Shown here: positions 61,961 to 64,000 of the stretch, one piece after another
How positions within the stretch are numbered: position 1 is the first letter of the stretch
Layout of the letters: every line of letters starts with the position of its first letter
From: Polyangiales bacterium
Lineage (GTDB): Bacteria; Myxococcota_A; Polyangia; Polyangiales; JADJQN01
NCBI GenBank assembly: GCA_964202905.1
Contig: CAXNJO010000011.1
Location: 64,001 to 128,000, forward strand
DNA: 64,000 nt
Reading direction: 5' to 3'
Notes under the pieces: model-generated
Told to the model about the DNA's origin: nothing
Databases searched by the model: none
Seen by the model: the letters and a program-made list of their open reading frames with translations, nothing else
Position numbers and translations under genes: made by a program

Positions 61961-63301
61961 ATGACGACCCCTCCCGCGCAGCCCGCTCCCCTCCGTCGCG
62001 TCGGCCTCGTGTTCTCGGGCGGCCCGGCCCCGGGCGCCAACTCGGTCATCTCCTCCGTCGCCGTCTCGCTGCTCGATGCGGGTCTCGAGGTCGTGGGCTT
62101 CTTCCACGGCTACTCGAACCTCGAGGGCTACGACCGCGACACGCGCCCGCTCGTCGAGGGCGAGCACTACCGCACGCTCACGGAGAAGGACGTCGGCGAC
62201 CAGCGCAACGCGCGCGGGATCCTCATCGGCACGGCGCGCGCGAACCCGGGCAAGCCCGTCAAGCGCCGCGGCGATCTCGACGACCCGGAGAAGACGGCGG
62301 GCCTGCGGCGCGTGCTCGCCGGCCTCACGGATCTCGGCATCGACGCGCTCGTCTCCATCGGCGGCGACGACACACTGAAGACCGCGAATTACCTGTATCT
62401 GCTGCAGGAGAAGCTGCCTCCCGGCGCGCGTCGCGTGCGCGTGGTGCACGTGCCGAAGACCATCGACAATGATTACCGCGGCATCGACTTCACCTTCGGG
62501 TTCTTCACCGCCGTCGACGTGATGGCGAAGTCTCTGCTCAACCTGCGCGCCGACGCGCTCGCGACGAGCAGCTACTTCATCGTCGAGACGATGGGCCGCA
62601 AGGCAGGGTGGCTCGCGTACGGCGTCGGCATCGCGGGCGAGGCGAACCTCGTCGTCGCCGTCGAGGATGTCGTCGGCCCGCTCGCGACGAGCGAAACGTA
62701 CACGGACGCAGCGGGGCGCATCCGGACACGCACGCGCCTCGACCTTCACGCGCTCGTCGAGCGGATCGTCGACCTCGTCGCGCAGCGCGAGCAGCGCGAT
62801 CAGAAGCACCACGGCACGGTCGTGCTGGCCGAGGGGCTCGGCGAACTGCTCCCCGAGAGCGCGCTCGAGGGACTCGCCCGGGACGAGCACGGGCACGTCG
62901 CGCTCGGGCGCCTCGACTTCGGCAAGCTCGTCGCGCGGCTCGTCGGCGAGCGCTACGGCGCGCGCACGGGGCGCAAGAAGAAGATCACCGGCGTGCAGCT
63001 CGGCTACGAGGCACGCTCGGCCGCACCGCACGCGTTCGACGTGATGCTCGGCTCACAGCTCGGCGTCGGCGCGTACCGCGCGCTCGTCGAGGAGGGGCTC
63101 GACGGACACATGGTCTCGGTCAGCGGGCAGCTCGACCTGCGCTACGTGCCGTTCGCCGAGCTCGTCGATCCGGAGACGCTCGTGACGGAGGTGCGCCTCA
63201 TCGAGACGGGCAGCGATTTTCAGCGTCTCGCGCGCCTGCTCGAGACGCGCGTCGAGGCGGGCTGGGCGCCCGGTCGGCGCACCGAGCCCGGCGAGCGCTG
63301 A
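61961..63301 (+). CDS. pfp: 6-phosphofructokinase, likely PPi-dependent
   Basis: SGGPAPGAN, GGDDT, PKTIDND, ETMGR, LGYEAR. Confidence 0.88.
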   Translation: MTTPPAQPAPLRRVGLVFSGGPAPGANSVISSVAVSLLDAGLEVVGFFHGYSNLEGYDRDTRPLVEGEHYRTLTEKDVGDQRNARGILIGTARANPGKPVKRRGDLDDPEKTAGLRRVLAGLTDLGIDALVSIGGDDTLKTANYLYLLQEKLPPGARRVRVVHVPKTIDNDYRGIDFTFGFFTAVDVMAKSLLNLRADALATSSYFIVETMGRKAGWLAYGVGIAGEANLVVAVEDVVGPLATSETYTDAAGRIRTRTRLDLHALVERIVDLVAQREQRDQKHHGTVVLAEGLGELLPESALEGLARDEHGHVALGRLDFGKLVARLVGERYGARTGRKKKITGVQLGYEARSAAPHAFDVMLGSQLGVGAYRALVEEGLDGHMVSVSGQLDLRYVPFAELVDPETLVTEVRLIETGSDFQRLARLLETRVEAGWAPGRRTEPGER

Positions 63302-63370
63302 CGACGCGGCGCGTCTCTCTCGTCCTGGGTCGTGCGATGCTCGCGCGCCACTTCTGGAGGAGAGCCCGCC

Positions 63371-64000
<630 letters not shown>

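Noticed and set aside
58166..63031. Very long antisense or alternate-frame ORFs (1621 aa here; also 30321-33557, 41948-45073, 38552-41548)
   Set aside because: Shadow ORFs of well-supported genes in high-GC DNA; Arg/Ala-rich with no motifs.

Overview
Very GC-rich, gene-dense chromosomal segment. Gene content (eukaryote-like Ser/Thr kinases, FHA, PEGA and TPR proteins, pilT/pilC/pilS) points to a Myxococcota bacterium, probably Polyangia; this is an inference. Most of the window is housekeeping: prfC, hisBHAF, manC plus phosphomannomutase, uppP, a trpG/pabA-type amidotransferase, purMN, glnD, rlmE, rplC, tatD, metG, holB, a biotin-dependent acyl-CoA carboxylase pair, a PPi-type phosphofructokinase and pgi (partial). 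I saw no rRNA, tRNA, CRISPR array or mobile element. The most notable observations are: (1) an AT-rich 16-18 bp palindrome, CTGAAT-N4-ATTCAG, found three times at gene boundaries (6835, 17555, 58187); (2) a recurring envelope module of a membrane Ser/Thr kinase with a short C-terminal motif plus a TPR-PEGA protein, with one copy between pilT and pilC and another beside a DUF1566 operon; (3) two convergent paralogous FHA + zinc-ribbon genes; (4) a GltD/NfnB-like + NfnA/PyrK-like fusion flavoprotein; (5) rplC outside the S10 operon, with its own promoter, followed by rlmE; (6) a long MlaD with a beta-barrel-like C-terminus; (7) many TAnnnT boxes 6-10 nt before start codons, suggesting leaderless or short-leader mRNAs; (8) four apparent 1-2 nt frameshifts, probably sequencing errors. 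All calls come from reading motifs by eye; no database searches were run.
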